64,000 bases of DNA, taken from Kudoa neothunni (Eukaryota; Animalia; Cnidaria). The position numbers and the translations under genes were made by a program. The notes beneath the pieces are model-generated. The model made no database searches. It was not told where the DNA came from and saw nothing but the letters and a program-made list of their open reading frames with translations. Below are positions 1 to 17,159 of the stretch, in pieces (the first letter of the stretch is position 1; the number at the start of each line of letters is the position of its first letter). The DNA lies in the NCBI GenBank assembly GCA_964304625.1, contig OZ199839.1, forward strand, positions 1,154,180 to 1,218,179, written 5' to 3'.

Positions 1-644
1 ATCCTATTGGAGTTATTTATAGCAACCAACCATCGGAGAATGTCAACTCTAAAACTACTCTATGAAGAATCCATCTAGAATGCATAAATGAAATGGCGTC
101 CACCATCATTGTCATATAGCATTTAATATGTGATTGTGAAATTGCTATTGTTCTACTGAATATAATATCCTACATCAGACAGTAGCACCCATCAATACAA
201 CTCTACACTGAAACTCACCCTCAAATCACCCTCCATGTAGTCAATGACAAGAGATATTTTTAGACTGTCCCCAATTACTTCCAACAACTAAAATGATATG
301 ATGTATAAATTAACACCGAAAAACCAACTTTTATGATATAAGGATGTGAGAGAGATTTGAGAAATCTGATTTCCCTTAATGTAGTTGGATTGATCCCACA
401 ACAATCATCACCATTCCCAAAGTTAATTTTTATCTGTAATAAAGTGGAATAATTTTCGCTGATTTAAATGAACCTTTTTTATTGCAACCAAAGTATTATT
501 TTCGGTATTTCTAGCTTTGAAAACTCTCGCGTACTATATCAATAAATAATTGAATTTGAAGCTGTGAATATCAATGCACAAATCTACCGATCCTTCACCT
601 AACTTTTCTAACTTTTCGTATTTTTTCACCTGACGCGATGGCAT
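1..644 (-). CDS. CDK7: Cyclin-dependent kinase 7 (CAK/TFIIH kinase), 5' exons; gene runs off the window edge
   Basis: Missed by the ORF track. Splicing from ATG at 644 across short GT-AG introns gives MPSRQVKKYEKLEKLGEGS|YARVFKARNTENNTLVAIKK|IKINFGNGDDCCGINPTTLREIRFLKSLSHPYIIK|LLEVIGDSLKISLVIDYMEGDLR|DIIFSRTIAISQSHIKCYMTMMVDAISFMHSRWILHR|D. This matches the CDK7 motifs GINRTALRE, SHIKAYM and WILHRD. Confidence 0.9.
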
Positions 645-1499
645 GTGTATTTAAACTAATAATGCGATCTTAATCAAGCCCAAGATTTCCTAATCTCGTC
701 TACCATCTCGTGGCTTATCGACCAGTAAACAAACATGCTACAATTGATTTATTCTAAATAGAAATGCTTTAAAAAAACAACTGTTTTTATGGAAGTGTGT
801 TTTGAATCTATTGGTGATAAATGAAACTATTGATAAAAGAAAAATTATTGCAATCGTGCGCGCGCGGTTCGCCACCATCTTTAATAATTTTTTGTTTCAA
901 CCTAATTGAATCTAAAATTTACTAGTGTATATTCATGTAATTTCCCGTCGGTCCAGTTCTATTGATTTTGAAACGTGGTTTTCATCTAACCAAGATATTT
1001 AATTGTTGGAAAAAGTAAATAAGGGAGGATTCAAGTCATATTAGGATAATTGTTTTGAGCTATATTTGATTATTTTTATATATTATATATTATTTATTGT
1101 TATGTGTGGATTTAAATTTTAAAATTAAACAATAAAATTCATTCTGAAATTTTAGATTAGGTTACAATTATTATAGTACTTGAATATTATATAAATCACA
1201 AGATATTGATTTAATTAGTTACCTAATTCGATTTTTATCGAGATTTGGTTGTTTATGATACAATATTCGAATTAATTGACCATCTATGTTCGATATGGGA
1301 ACGAAAAGGGGCTAATTCCATTATTTTTCGTATTATTCTGAATGTAAGCCATTAGTTACTTAACATTTTATAAATTATCTTTAAAAAATTCGACAACCAA
1401 AATCGATTTTAATCGCAAACTGCAAATAATAATTCATTAAAATTACCATAGAATTTTAATGTTTGAAGCAAATTAGAATTTTCACTAGTTACATTAGGA

Positions 1500-2400
1500 A
1501 ATACAATTAGAACTAATGTTTATCTATCCATTACCAAAGTGATAGTTGTCGATAGAATAAACACGCATTAATTCCAACTCATTAAACGAATTGTGGAAGT
1601 TCGTTCTAGAAACTAAATATTCAAAATGAAAATAGATTTTTCTGAAACTTGTTTCTATATTTGGAACAACTTCTTGTTGTGAGTCTTTTGATTCAACGAT
1701 AAAGTTTGTAAAATCGAAACATCGGGAACCCTTCCTCATAAACGACACACCTAACGTAACGAATTCGTACAGTGTTAACAGCATGCGAACCAGATAGATT
1801 ACCGTCAGCTCACTGATATTTGGAAACATAAAACACTTGTAACATTAGAAACAATTTAAAAACAAATTTTTTCGAAAGCATTAAATTACTGTCTTTTACT
1901 TTATTCGTAAATATTATATTATTTTATTATTTTTGCGATCTTGTTCATAGAGAAAAAATTGCTTGGATTACTAACTACTAATTCACCACCTTTTTGGAAA
2001 AAACATCATAAATTATACCAGTAAAAATTATATGTAAGTTTTGCAGCGATTCACTTTCACTGAATACGAACAAACAAAAATACCTTCACTTATAATTCTA
2101 CAACATCTTATCTAAATATTTACCAAAAATTTTCCAAAACGTAAGTTTTAACTAAGCGAGAGGTACAACCGCGAAAGCTTGAAGAATCTAGTTACAAGCA
2201 CAAAGTAAAGGATGAAACACGCTTGGGGTTGGATTTTAGAATGTTAGCAAATAATTTTAGATATTAATTGTCGATTTCCCTCAAAAAATAAAGGCTGCTT
2301 CCTCGTAATACAAACATAACTAATTTTTGCCTTTTCCTACAACTAGTCAAGTCAAGTCATTGCAACTATCCACAATAAATAATAATGGTTTTTATAATGT
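1500..2400 (+). mobile_element. Heavily decayed LTR-retrotransposon (Gypsy-like) integrase remnant
   Basis: Broken frames read ETSGTLPH..RNEFV (cf. DxxGPLPxxxxGNxYVL) near 1715 and SERYNRESLKNLV..AWGWIL (cf. VERxNRTLKxxL..WD) near 2156. Many stops. Confidence 0.3.
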
Positions 2401-3684
2401 CGTCCATGCTATAAAGTAATGTGTAGATCTCAATTATTTAGAACAATAATAAATGCAGAATGTTGTCTCAGTCATGATCTGTAATCATAGAACTTCATCC
2501 GAAAGATGGTTTCGTTCATCATTTGACAACAACTACATAGGACATGCGTCGATGTTATATGCTGTTTTGACACGTGTACTCCTACAAATCGCACGCATAC
2601 TTAGTCCATATTAATTACAGACTGGTGTTTATAGTTTTAAACAAAATTTTTTTTATAAAAAATGAGTTTTGTTTAGTAAAATAATATTATTAAAATATAC
2701 ACATAAATGAATATGTTATGGTACTTGATTTGCATTTTAATGTGCACTGTTCTCTTCAGGTCAGGAGTTTCGGTGTCCCTATTTTTCCCTAATAGGATTA
2801 AATGTATTGATATTTTTTATCAACATTCCTAATTCTAATCTTATCAAAGAATGCGTTCGGAAGGTATTGATTGGTATATATTTAATTTGGCAGGTTCGAT
2901 GAGCATAAAGTTATTCTTAATTCAAAGTCTAAAGTCTAAAGTTACTATTTAAATGTTAATCGGAATAAGATTGGTTGATCCTATTTTTGGTTTTATTATG
3001 CATAAATTAAATTTCAAAAAGAAATATTATATCCTATATGATTTTAAAACTGTTTTAAATATACTAATTTAATAACTGAATTGGTTTGTGTATTGGATGG
3101 AATTATTACACGCTTCTCATTAACATTAACTAAGTGGTGCAACCAACATGTACGTGAAAAACAACCGGGTAGGACCGGTGTCAGCCGCTGTTTGGTTTAT
3201 AAAGTGGTAATGTCAGCTTCCTTTGAGACCATCATTCCTAATTTATAGTACAACATTCTACAACAGATGTAGTTTTCTATCTCTTCATCTTTTCAATCAG
3301 ATTGTCTATTTCCAACCATAATTTGACACAGTTGGTTGTCGCCAGCACGTCGTACAAACAACAAATTAGATGTCTTATGTGTCATCCACATGGGTTGTGA
3401 CGAGGTTACTTGTTCGTGTCGCACAAATCGTAGAGGAAGGCTTAGGAAGGCGTTTTAAACAATCCGACTTTGACGATTATGCTGATTAGCTTATAAATGC
3501 TTATATCTGATTACAGTGATAATTTCACCATAGCGATTAACTTACCGGTTGGTTGATCTAGTTTTGGAAGCCACAATCGAGTCGAAATAAAATATCAAAT
3601 CTTAGATACTATTTCCTTAACACTACAGCAACAGTAGCAACAAAAAACGTTGGTATTAACACCTACTAACAGCTATCACACGAT

Positions 3685-4371
3685 ATGAAGACAGTTGATG
3701 CCGGTATTCGAATAAAACTTGGTGACACATGGGAGAATTGTCTCATAATGATGAATATACCAAAAATTGAGATATTTATTCCACCACAAGCTGCAAACTA
3801 TTGGCCAATTGATAGTCTAACTCTGAGTCCTCCAGTGCTGAATAAGTGGGATGAAAAAAAAATTGTTATGGGTTCAGTTGATGACGATGACGATGACGAC
3901 GACGAATTTATTATAGTACCGAATGAGCAACAACACAACAATAACGACTACAAAAATACACTGCCTGTACAAACATATTCGTTCAATATGAGACATGCTA
4001 CGGTGAAAAGAAAAGTTAGCGATAAATTCTACAATTCTTTTTCCATCTGCTATCGTATAACGGTAAACATCAATTCAAAAATAGAAGGCATTAGCATTAA
4101 TTTATAATAAATTTTTTAGTTAAAAAACAGGGAACAAAAGGTTAAATTTGGATTCAGTGATAGATTGTTATTTGAAAAATATTTCGATGAATTCAGTAAA
4201 AATATAATTCCAACAAAGTCGAGATTTTCTATTTTACAATGCGGTTCGATTTCTGGGGCTTCAGGTCTACAAGGAGTGCCCAAACACAATAATGGAAATT
4301 TTATAATCAAACCCGATAACAAAAAGAAAAAAAGACGTGGGATGTGCGGCGGAAGATTTTCATGTTTTTAG
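3685..4371 (+). CDS. 3' exons of an unknown protein (possible PH-like domain with an acidic insert; C-terminal polybasic + Cys motif). Further 5' exons probably lie at about 2710-3600.
   Basis: ORF 3685-4107 appears to splice near 4060 to the acceptor ttttttag near 4119, continuing LKNREQKVKFGFSDRLLFEKYFDEFSK...KKKKRRGMCGGRFSCF*. Poly-Asp tract at about 3880-3905. Confidence 0.55.
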
Positions 4372-4973
4372 TTAATGTATTGAACTTTTGTTAAATTTTT
4401 TTTGTATTTTTTGGTATTAGAGTTGTGATTTTACTCGGTGCAATGAAACGCATAATTTTTCTATTCTAAGAGATTAATGATAATATTACTCCATTTATTT
4501 TTTTTTCGCTACGACAATTTATGAAATATTTATATCATTAAAATAAGATAAAATTAAAGATTTTATTATTAATTAATTTATTATTTATGTGTTTCAGATT
4601 CGAATTTATTTAAATTTTCATAGCTTTTAAAATAAAAAAATAATAGTACTACTCTATATATTTTGTATTTTTTCCTAGTCAAAGATGTTAATATTTTCAC
4701 ACCTTTTAAATAAGATAAACGATTATTTTTACTCGATTTGTTATGTTTTTTACTCTCAAATTTGGCGCTAAACGACAAAATATTATTTTTAAACCTTCGA
4801 ACTACTTCGGCAATTTCCGGACGCGGACAAAATTTATCCCAAACATCCAGTTGTGTTACGCTTGGTAAAATTTTTAATTTATATAATCGATTATAATGAT
4901 TTATTGAAATGATTTAGAACAAAATTGTTAAAAATTGAGCTTATTTAAATTGATTCACGGAAAACCCGCTGTA

Positions 4974-6426
4974 ATGGATATTTATCACAAATGGAACGTG
5001 TTGGATGGACATCACGATGCAATAATATCATTAAAATTTTCTCCTAACGAAAAACTTCTAGCTAGCGGATGTATTTTTTTGTCTTGGACCATCATTAAAA
5101 ATTTTCAATTCGAATTCTAGCTGCCGATAAAATGATAAAAATATGGAGTTCTCAAGATGGCCATTTTGAATATAATCTGGTTCAACATGAGGAGGTAATC
5201 AAAGAAAATTTAAAGATTACGCTTGCTTAGAATATGATGGATTTAAATTTTGAAATTAGAGTATTTCGGAAATCGCCTGGAGTGCGGATTCAGAAAGTCT
5301 GTGCTCTGTTCGGATGATAAAACGGTCCGATTTTGGGATGTGGCCACTGTAAATTAAAAATAGACTCAGATTTATTTTTATGCTGTATAAATAATTCCAG
5401 GCCACATGCGTTAGAGTATTCGAGGGGACATATCGATAAAGTTCATTCTTGTACTTTCAATCCTCAACGCAACCTTATTGCATCAGGATCGGTATTGAAC
5501 TAATAGATATTGTTGTTCGATAAGTTCTAGATTGATTTGTCTCATTGAACGTCTCAACTAGGTGGATGAAACTATACGTTTGTGGGATCTTCGCCTCAAG
5601 TCTTGTATCCGCGTTATTCCAGCCCACTCAGAGTGTGTCACTTCGGTTAGGCGTTTATTGCCACTCTACATATTACTAAGGTCTAACTTTATACAGGTCG
5701 ACTTTAATAGCGATAGTTCATTGTTGGTATCTAGTAGTTTTCGATGGATTTTGGTAGGTTAATTTGTTTATCCTAAATAGGAAAAATATAAAAATATTTT
5801 AATTGTTTATAGTCGAATATGGGATGTAGCGTCGTGTCAATGTTTTAAAACATTGATTGGTAATAAAATAATTTTAACGATGAATGGTCATTTTTGTGTA
5901 CAAAATTAGGCTCAAAAAAACGTACCGGTCGGAAGTGCCAAATTTTCTCCCAACTCTAAATATATCATTCAAACCCTCCTCAACGGTTCTATAAATTTGT
6001 GGGATTATATTCGCGGGAAAGTAATTTTTGTGATGTTTTTTATGGTGAGCGAATTGTCTACGTTTTTTAGGTGGTCAAAACCTACTCATCTCACAAAAAT
6101 GAACAGCTTTCATTATCATGCGGGTTTGTTGGTTCTCAAGTTAAGTCGAACGATAACTAAAATTTTTTGGTAATGTTGATGTAGAAAGTTTTCTGCTCAT
6201 CTGAAGATGGCAGAGTATTTATATGGAGTCTCACACTGCCCGAAATACATCAAATAATAAACATATCAGATGGTGATTATTGAAACGACTTCGGATGACG
6301 ATTCATCTTTTTTAGATGCGATTGTGGCTTGTGATAGCAATAAAAGTGGAAATATTATCGCGGCAGGAGAAATATCCAAAAAACTATTCTATAAATCTAT
6401 GGAAACTTGGTGCCAATCCGTGTTGA
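4974..6426 (+). CDS. WDR5: WDR5-like WD40 repeat protein (about 10 exons; five apparent single-base frameshifts)
   Basis: Spliced repeats [110 protein letters not shown], SHKNE and SSEDGRVFIWSL are colinear with WDR5. Confidence 0.8.
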
Positions 6427-6959
6427 TTTTTAATTTATGTTTACCTTGGTCCATTTTTTGTTTAAGCTCGTAATATTAATAATTTTATTGATTTATCAAA
6501 TAATAAAAATAAGGCGCTTAAAATTACGATTGTCTTAATCTATTCCAGGGTTTCGTTCCCTCATTGGTACGGTACCTCTCTAAGAATTTAATAATTCGTC
6601 AGTTAGTGTTACATCATAATATATCATGTATTAGTTCATTTTAATTTAATTTAACATGAAATTTCAATTATGAATTTACATCTCTTGAGATTATGTACTC
6701 TATAGTAGTTATGGTATACTGAGGCAGTATTATAACAGTAATTTCGTAGAAATAACGAATTTAAAATTCTCAAGCTAAATTATAATTTTAGTAGGTTAGC
6801 TAAATAATATTTTTTCAAAATAGATCAAGCTGTTACAAGGGTCAACAAATATAAGCAATATTGTACAGTGCTGAAAAAGGAACGAAAACCTACCGACATG
6901 CCCAATTCCAATTAATCGGTTATTTGACCTAGAGCTTACACCTTCACAACGGAATACGA

Positions 6960-8640
6960 AATCATAATTGATTATGTTGTGATGATGACGAAGAAATGTT
7001 GATATTTTAGAAAAGTTGAGTTTTTAACATTACCTTGAGGCTTAAGATAATGTTCGTATTTTGACTGATGAAGAAGACCCCTTTGTTTCAAGAGCTTATG
7101 ACAACATTGGCATCGGAACCGTCCAAAAATATGCGGTGAAATAGAAAACTTTGTCGTACATTAAAAATGACCCATTGATGATAATTATCGTGTCACATAG
7201 CGTAAAATATCTCAATCTAAAAGTATATGTGTAATTGCCAAACAATTAGTCAAAATAAATGTGGCATCGTGTACGATGGCTCAACAAGTAGATATGAATC
7301 ATATGAAGTATTGTGAAAAAATTTTCCGATGATAATCTTGTTTTGAATATTGTTAAAGAAACAAATATTTATGCCTTTTTATAATTAAACTTTTCACTTA
7401 ACCATTAAAGAATTTAAATCTTTCATCGGTATTTTACTATTATCCAGATGCAACCGACTATCTCGGCAGCATGTGTATGGAGAAACATCGTTGTATTCTG
7501 GGGTTTGAAATAGTAAAAAAATCTATGAACTATGAAATATTCTAATTGATAAAAGGGTATATTTACTTTAATAATAATTTTAAGTTTGATAAGGATGATA
7601 AGCTGTTAAGACTTGATCGATAATTAGAAGATTGACTAAAATTTCGATATTTTCGCAACATCTTGTCAATTGATGAACAGATGCTCCCACATATTGGCCA
7701 TCATTCGTGAAAAATGTATATGAAGGGAAATCCCGATCGTTTCAGTTTTAAACATTGAGATTTAGCTTCTGCTGATGGGAATATTTATATTTTCAATGTA
7801 TATACAGATAGGCAGAAATACACATCAAGAATTTGGCCAAGGTGGAAGTGTCATGCTAAATTTTGTCGATGAGTCAAAGAATATAGGTATGTGTCATGCT
7901 TACCCTGACAGTTTTTTCAACTCATAAAAATTATTGGCTGAATTGGACAGAAATATTAATGCTACCCGATCAATAAGAATGAGTCGAACGTCGATCTATC
8001 CAATGACAATTCCGAAATTAAGGAGGAAAAACTACCGTGACTACAATAAATATTTCTTAGATCGCAGAATTGAAGTTAATCGTGTGTAATGGATAGATAC
8101 GGAGCCTGTCACTTTTCTTAGCATTTCACTTATTGTTAAATCAATTATTCTACATGTAACAACATGTTATTGTAGGGCGGCAAAAAGGCACAATGTGTTG
8201 ATCGAACAGCCCCAAATTTCATATGTACAACAAGGATATGGGTGATTTTGATAATGAAGAGAATTTTTTCTCCTGATACAGAATAAGAAATCGCTCTAAC
8301 ATGATAATGATCTCATTATCATGTTACGATATTGCTGACAGCAGTTAATTCTTGAGAAATGCTTATGTTTTTAAAAGAAAACAATCTATTAATTCATATT
8401 GGATAAATTGTAGCCATTTTTGATAGAACAAATTATTTTTAAAAATAATTTCGATGATCATCCATCACAAATATTCATGCTGTGTCATTATGTAGTTGAC
8501 CTATGATGAGTACTAGTGCTGAGAAGAGGAGACGAAGATACGTTGTACGCAAAAAGAAGACTATCTACTTTTGTCAAAGTTTTCAAAATTATATTTAATC
8601 TTAACGTTTGACAGATGTTCACAATCAACAGTAGTTTTCA
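6960..8640 (+). mobile_element. Decayed piggyBac (PGBD2/3-like) transposase
   Basis: LSIDEQMLPHIGHHS*KMYMKGNPDRFSFK near 7663-7755 (cf. SIDESMVPYFGRH..KQFIRGKPIRFGYK), a DSFF motif near 7907 and a YNKDMG motif near 8225. Many stops and frameshifts; ends not resolved. Confidence 0.75.
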
Positions 8641-8720
8641 CCCTAATCGATATAAAAACCATTTATTTTTCGCGCATTCTGTGACACACACGTTTAATTA
8701 GAAAATCGCACATCGGGGGT

Positions 8721-9871
8721 TTTTGTTCCCAACCGTGTCCGATTGAGGAAAATTTAGCTAAAATTGTCCGATTTTTACTCTATTACTCTAGTTCTTCGAA
8801 AGACTGAATAATCGCAAAACAAAGTTTCAAGATACAGAGATTTTGAAAATTCACAAAAAATGGAATTCAATCGTTGTCCGATTTCATTACGAGAAATCTT
8901 CGAGTAGAAAATTTGATACGTGGAACAATGCTTTATTTCGAATTAAAATGTCTGTAATAGAAGTTCACCAAACACAAGATACAAGTAGGAATTTTAATTA
9001 TTCTTAAAGTCCACGTAATACAAAAATTGAGCTTAAAAAACATGCCAGAAATCTATCAAAAATGAACACATTTTTAAATTTTATGCTCCTGTTAAGACCA
9101 AAATTTTGGATTTTTTTACCATTATTAGCGGCAATACACAGTTTTATCATGACCATCGGATCATTTTGGAATTATTACGAAGAGATTTTTGTGATCGAAT
9201 TTAAAAAAAAGACTCTGATGTTGGTGATATCAAATAAAAAGTTATCATTACAAGTGTTTGTTATCAATTTTCAAAGGATTCTAATTTTAAATATTACCTA
9301 AACCAATTTAAGTTTAACTAAATATTATCTACTTCACTAATTTTTCTTAATTTTAATGAATGAATGGTCGCACATAAAGATAAAACTTCATCTAGATATA
9401 GTTTTTTACGTGAAATTCAAAAATCGAACGATAGATAGTAATAGAATTGATTGAAATTAAATGAATTAAATAGGCTCAAAAATAAAGTTTGTTTGACTAA
9501 ATTATTAATAAACGCCTTTTTGGTCATTGTTTCTCGGAAAATAAATTTTAATTCATTCGGAAAATATAGCACATTTTTTACTTTAACAAACTCTGATTAA
9601 CGCTTCTCCTGAAATAGCATTTTCTCATATGGAATTATCGAAAAAATCAGAAGAAATAGAATGTTGTGCTCTAGATTAGATAAACTTGTTCTAATGAGGC
9701 ATTTTTTCAACACATTGACAAAATGATGTCATAAGTTTAAAGTTTTTGAGTTAATTATAAAGTAACGTAATATATATACATATAATTAAATATTAGTACG
9801 GTTTTTACAAAAAATCTAATTTTTGTCCGACAAAAATTTTGCCGGATGTCCGATTTGGGTTGGCAGCGCTA
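8721..9871. mobile_element. Probable non-autonomous hAT-like DNA element
   Basis: Left end tgttcccaacc resembles the reverse complement of the right end ggttggcagcgcta. A subterminal TGTCCGA motif is repeated at about 8736, 8765, 8875, 9824 and 9847. Confidence 0.4.
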
Positions 9872-10599
9872 TTTTCGGCCGGCCCGCCCCTTAATAATTC
9901 TTACATTTTCCTATGAAAATATCATTTATAATCAATAATAATTTAGATGCATTATTAAAATACCCTGTTCAACCTATATTTTAAATATTATGAAAATTTA
10001 AATATTGGACCTGGAATGGGTTAGAGGCTTGCCATACAATCTTAGTAATGAAAATTTTTAAATATCATTAATTATTCATATCATACGCTCAAGTGATGTT
10101 ATTTCTAAACACATGATTTTATTAGTTGTTTCATAAATATGGAGTAAGGTCGTGATATTGTTGATTTGCAATTTAATTTAGGCAAGGTAAGCTTTAATCC
10201 TAAATGGCGAGCACGCACATGGAAGGGGAATTTTTAATCTCAGCAGCTCATACTTACAAGCTGTTTGCAGATTTATTTTTTTTAATCTGCTATATTTAAT
10301 TATTTCTGGCCTATCGCTTCGTTCTTAGAGGCTAGAAATCATTAAATATAGTCAGTCATAACTAGCGTCACCTGATCACTATTTACCATGCCAATAGCCA
10401 CTTCCATATTGATGATATAGTTCCTTAGAAATAATGAATTAGGCCAAAAACCTCGTTATACAATAATTGACTCTCTCCAATCTTGGTGTTACTTAATTTA
10501 CCTCCAGTCGTTTAAAATATACCCCCAAGGGGTAAATTTACTCCCGATTGAGAATCCCTGGGCTAATTCTTCATACACGGAATTGAATACCCTTGGCTG

Positions 10600-11300
10600 G
10601 TTTTTAGATAACTAATAATTTAATGCCGTCTAAAGGTTGTTTAAATCAAATGTTTTTCTTTTACGTATGAATCTATATTTTGTGGCAGTTCCACCGGATT
10701 TCTCGTTCAATGAGTTTGACACTTGAAAATTTTGAACCTAGAAGTTATATAACTTTGTCGAATAGATTTATCAATGAAATCAGTTTGTACAATTATTGGA
10801 TTCTAAAAAATGAAAATAGTTTAAAAATTGTGCATTTGGATTAATTAACACTAAAAATTTTAAATAAAAATAATTAACGTTAAATATTAAAATATGAGAT
10901 TAAAAAGAACAGCTCCACCATTTTGTATCTATAAAAGCTTTTCTCACTTATAAACACGGCGTTCTATACTCTCATTGGATGAATGTCGAAGGCAATGAAC
11001 GATATAAAAAGCATTAAATAATTATAACGAAGAAAATAAACGATTCTACAAATTATGATGAGTTTATACCGCGCCTAATAGGAATAGGATTCCTAAAACA
11101 GCATTAAACGTTTGAGTCTAATAGATAGCGGTTTATGTATATCCAAAACGTTAATGCGAAATTGGTAGTGAAGTTAGGTGCCAAATCTACTAAGCACAAG
11201 CCACTATTAACTCAAGTAAAAGTATTTGAAACATCCAAATTAATTTGCAATTTATCGGTTTTAGCACATAATCGGGTGATTTTTTTAAAAGATAAATAAA
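10600..11300 (-). mobile_element. Decayed non-LTR retrotransposon RT fragment
   Basis: Minus strand reads NPIPIRRGI near 11065-11090 (cf. RT motif xIxxxRGVxQGD); the rest is heavily mutated. Confidence 0.3.
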
Positions 11301-12230
11301 AAAATAAAACTGAACAAGAAAGCGTGAATGTAGATACATCAATCAATCAATCAATCAGTAAATAATATTAAATTATAATTCAATTAATCCTAATTAAATT
11401 AGCTCTAAAGATAAGGGGCATAAACATCGTACAAGTTTCTCAGATGGACATCTAAAGTAGCAGTAATTAGGGATCAATTAGGTTATTTAGTGCTATAGAT
11501 GAATAGAGTAGAGTCCAACAGATTTTAGCACATAGATGAATGTAGAATAATAAATCTATTAGGAAACCCGATATAATTTACACAAAAATATTAAAAAGCA
11601 ACATCAGTGAGTACTCCAGATAAACTTGGTGATTAGTTACTAAACCACTTTAAATGTAATCCGTTAATCAAATTATATCGATCATGCGAGACCATCATCC
11701 TCAAGCATCGACCAACTTCAAAAAATCCACATTTCATTCACAAATGTCTAACAATATACAATTACGAAAAGTGGTGGAAGTTGATGTGTGGTAGAGGAGA
11801 ATTTAAAATGATACCTAGGTCTAACATTTGCAATAAGCTTAATCTTCGTTAATTAGAATACAAAGGATCGATATGAATCGTGATTTGTTATTAAATCTTA
11901 TGTGTGTGTAGTATTAGTGGGTATTAGTTTGCGTATTTTGTTTTTCGATAATTGGTTGTTACAGATTGAGGACACTACAATTGTGACATAGTTCTGAGAT
12001 TTACTCCGAAGTATTATAGGTGAGTATTTTGAATATTGGAGTTAATACTCGTATTTCATATCATATATATACTATTAATTTGGAATTGATTGTAGAGTAG
12101 AGTCGCTGGGAGATAAATATACGAGTTGAATTCCATCTGTTGGACAATCGATAAAAGATATATTGAGAAGCCTACCAAGTTAAGTTGTTGCGTGATGATA
12201 ATGATTGATAATAATCGAATATTATGTTAG

Positions 12231-15323
<3,093 letters not shown>

Positions 15324-16914
15324 TTAGTTTTTCCTACAATATGCAATTTCGTTCAATTTTCTTTCTTATTTCCTCGTCCAATATCCAACCCAATTGTTGA
15401 TTGTTATTACATTTATATAGCTCCCTAAAACCTAATAGTTTGTCGAATAATTTTGATATTTATACTCTTTCATTATGGTGTTTAGTAATGTTTGCTATTT
15501 TTTCTCATTGTTTTTTGCGCTAAAAAATTTTTCAATTTTTATGCAATCTTGTTGGTAGGGGAGATTGAATTATCTCCTTTGAGAATGGTGGGCAAATATT
15601 TGGCCATTGAACTTTGACTTAGGTAGTTGCGAGTAAATTTTTGAATTATTAGTCTCTTTTTCTATAGTATTCATTTGTATTTCGCCATGAAGGCTATGAA
15701 TACAATAAAGGCTAATTTTGGATATAGCGCAGCTACAGATATAATTTAGAAGAGACTTATTGTTGAATTGTTGTTGAATAGTTGAATAATGTGTTAGGTT
15801 ATAAAAAAGGGGAGGGGGATTTTTTTGAGTTTGATCATTCATTTTTCTGAGGAGCCAGATAAACAAAGTTTTTGATTACATTCTTGGATGAAATAAAATA
15901 TTTTAATTTGAATTATTTAGTGTTCGTCGCGGGACTCCATATAGCTTTTGTTATTAAATGCCTCATTTTATGCATTCCGATAATAATAGAGTATTGCGTT
16001 TATTGGGAAGCAAGTTTCCATTATAGGTTAAAGAATTTTTCCAACGTGAGAGCTTCAAAAAATTTTGGGTGGGATGAAATTAACGATTATTCATATTCAT
16101 AAGAGACCAATATACTACACATTGTTGAAATCAGTGGCGCAAAAATATTTGGAGCCTTGGGCCAACTTATAATCTTCGAAAACTTTCAGGAGTCACAAAA
16201 TTTAAAAATAAAGTTATAGATCACATATTGGATAAATTTACGAATCTCTACACACAATATTTTAAGCGATTTATAAATAATAAGTTTGCTAAATGTTTTA
16301 AATTGAATATCGAATGACATAGCAAACAAATAATATTTGTCCCGGTTGAATAAATCAATATATTTCTGTCTAGGCATCATTAAACTTTCTATTTTAATCG
16401 TCAACTTTTTTTTGAATTCCAGCCATTTTACCTTGGAAATAAAATTAGAATGAATTGATTTAAATATGAGATATACCTTTGGCGAACAAAATGGTTGTGT
16501 GTGTATACGTGAAGTGTAGTTTAAATTGCCCTTTAATATGTGCTCATTATCAGCTCAAACTGATGTTTATCCTTAGTGTCGAAGTTTATTTTAATTATAG
16601 AAAGTTCTCGAAAACTTTGATTTTTACGAACAGTATAAATATCTTATAATTTTGCATCATTTATAAAACGTAAATTAATTGTTTATCTTAGCTTAAATGA
16701 ACTTAAGCTTCGGGTCAGCAGTGTCAAGCGAATTTTTAAATCATAAATCCGTCCAGCACCTGTGTGATTATTTTCTCCTCTATACACGCTCAAGAAGAAA
16801 TAAATAGAATTAACACATGAACTTCTATTAACAAATCTTTTCTACATAGAATGGTGAGATGGCTAATATAAATAAATTGTTTTGCATATTTAAAGATTTT
16901 TTTTGGTTGTTTCA

Positions 16915-17083
16915 TGAGGTGTTCTCAATATATTCAATATCTATATAAACCAATTGAAGTTAAATAATCGAATGCCTTTTTCGTTTCATTTAAAAGTATA
17001 CCAATTATCTGAACTTGATTATGGTCCATCAGGGACCAAAAAACGCTCATTGAAGGCCGGAGTTTATAGTTTGTGCATCCCTG
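16915..17083. mobile_element. Short hAT/Buster-type MITE remnant
   Basis: Ends gaggtgttctcaa ... gtttgtgcatccctg resemble the CAGGG(G/A)T..CAA terminal repeats of the other MITEs in the window. Confidence 0.35.
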
Positions 17084-17133
17084 CTTTAACTCATAATATT
17101 TTCTGTTTGCCACTCCTTGTATTTTAATATTAT

Positions 17134-17159
17134 TATATATATATATATATATATATATA
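17134..17159. repeat. (AT)n microsatellite
   Basis: Direct reading; similar tracts occur at about 26754-26777 and 48728-48746. Confidence 0.9.

Noticed and set aside
4974-6426. Calling the WDR5-like gene a pseudogene
   Set aside because: Splice sites and WD motifs are intact, and the lesions are mostly homopolymer indels also seen in other genes, so error is more likely. Not fully excluded.
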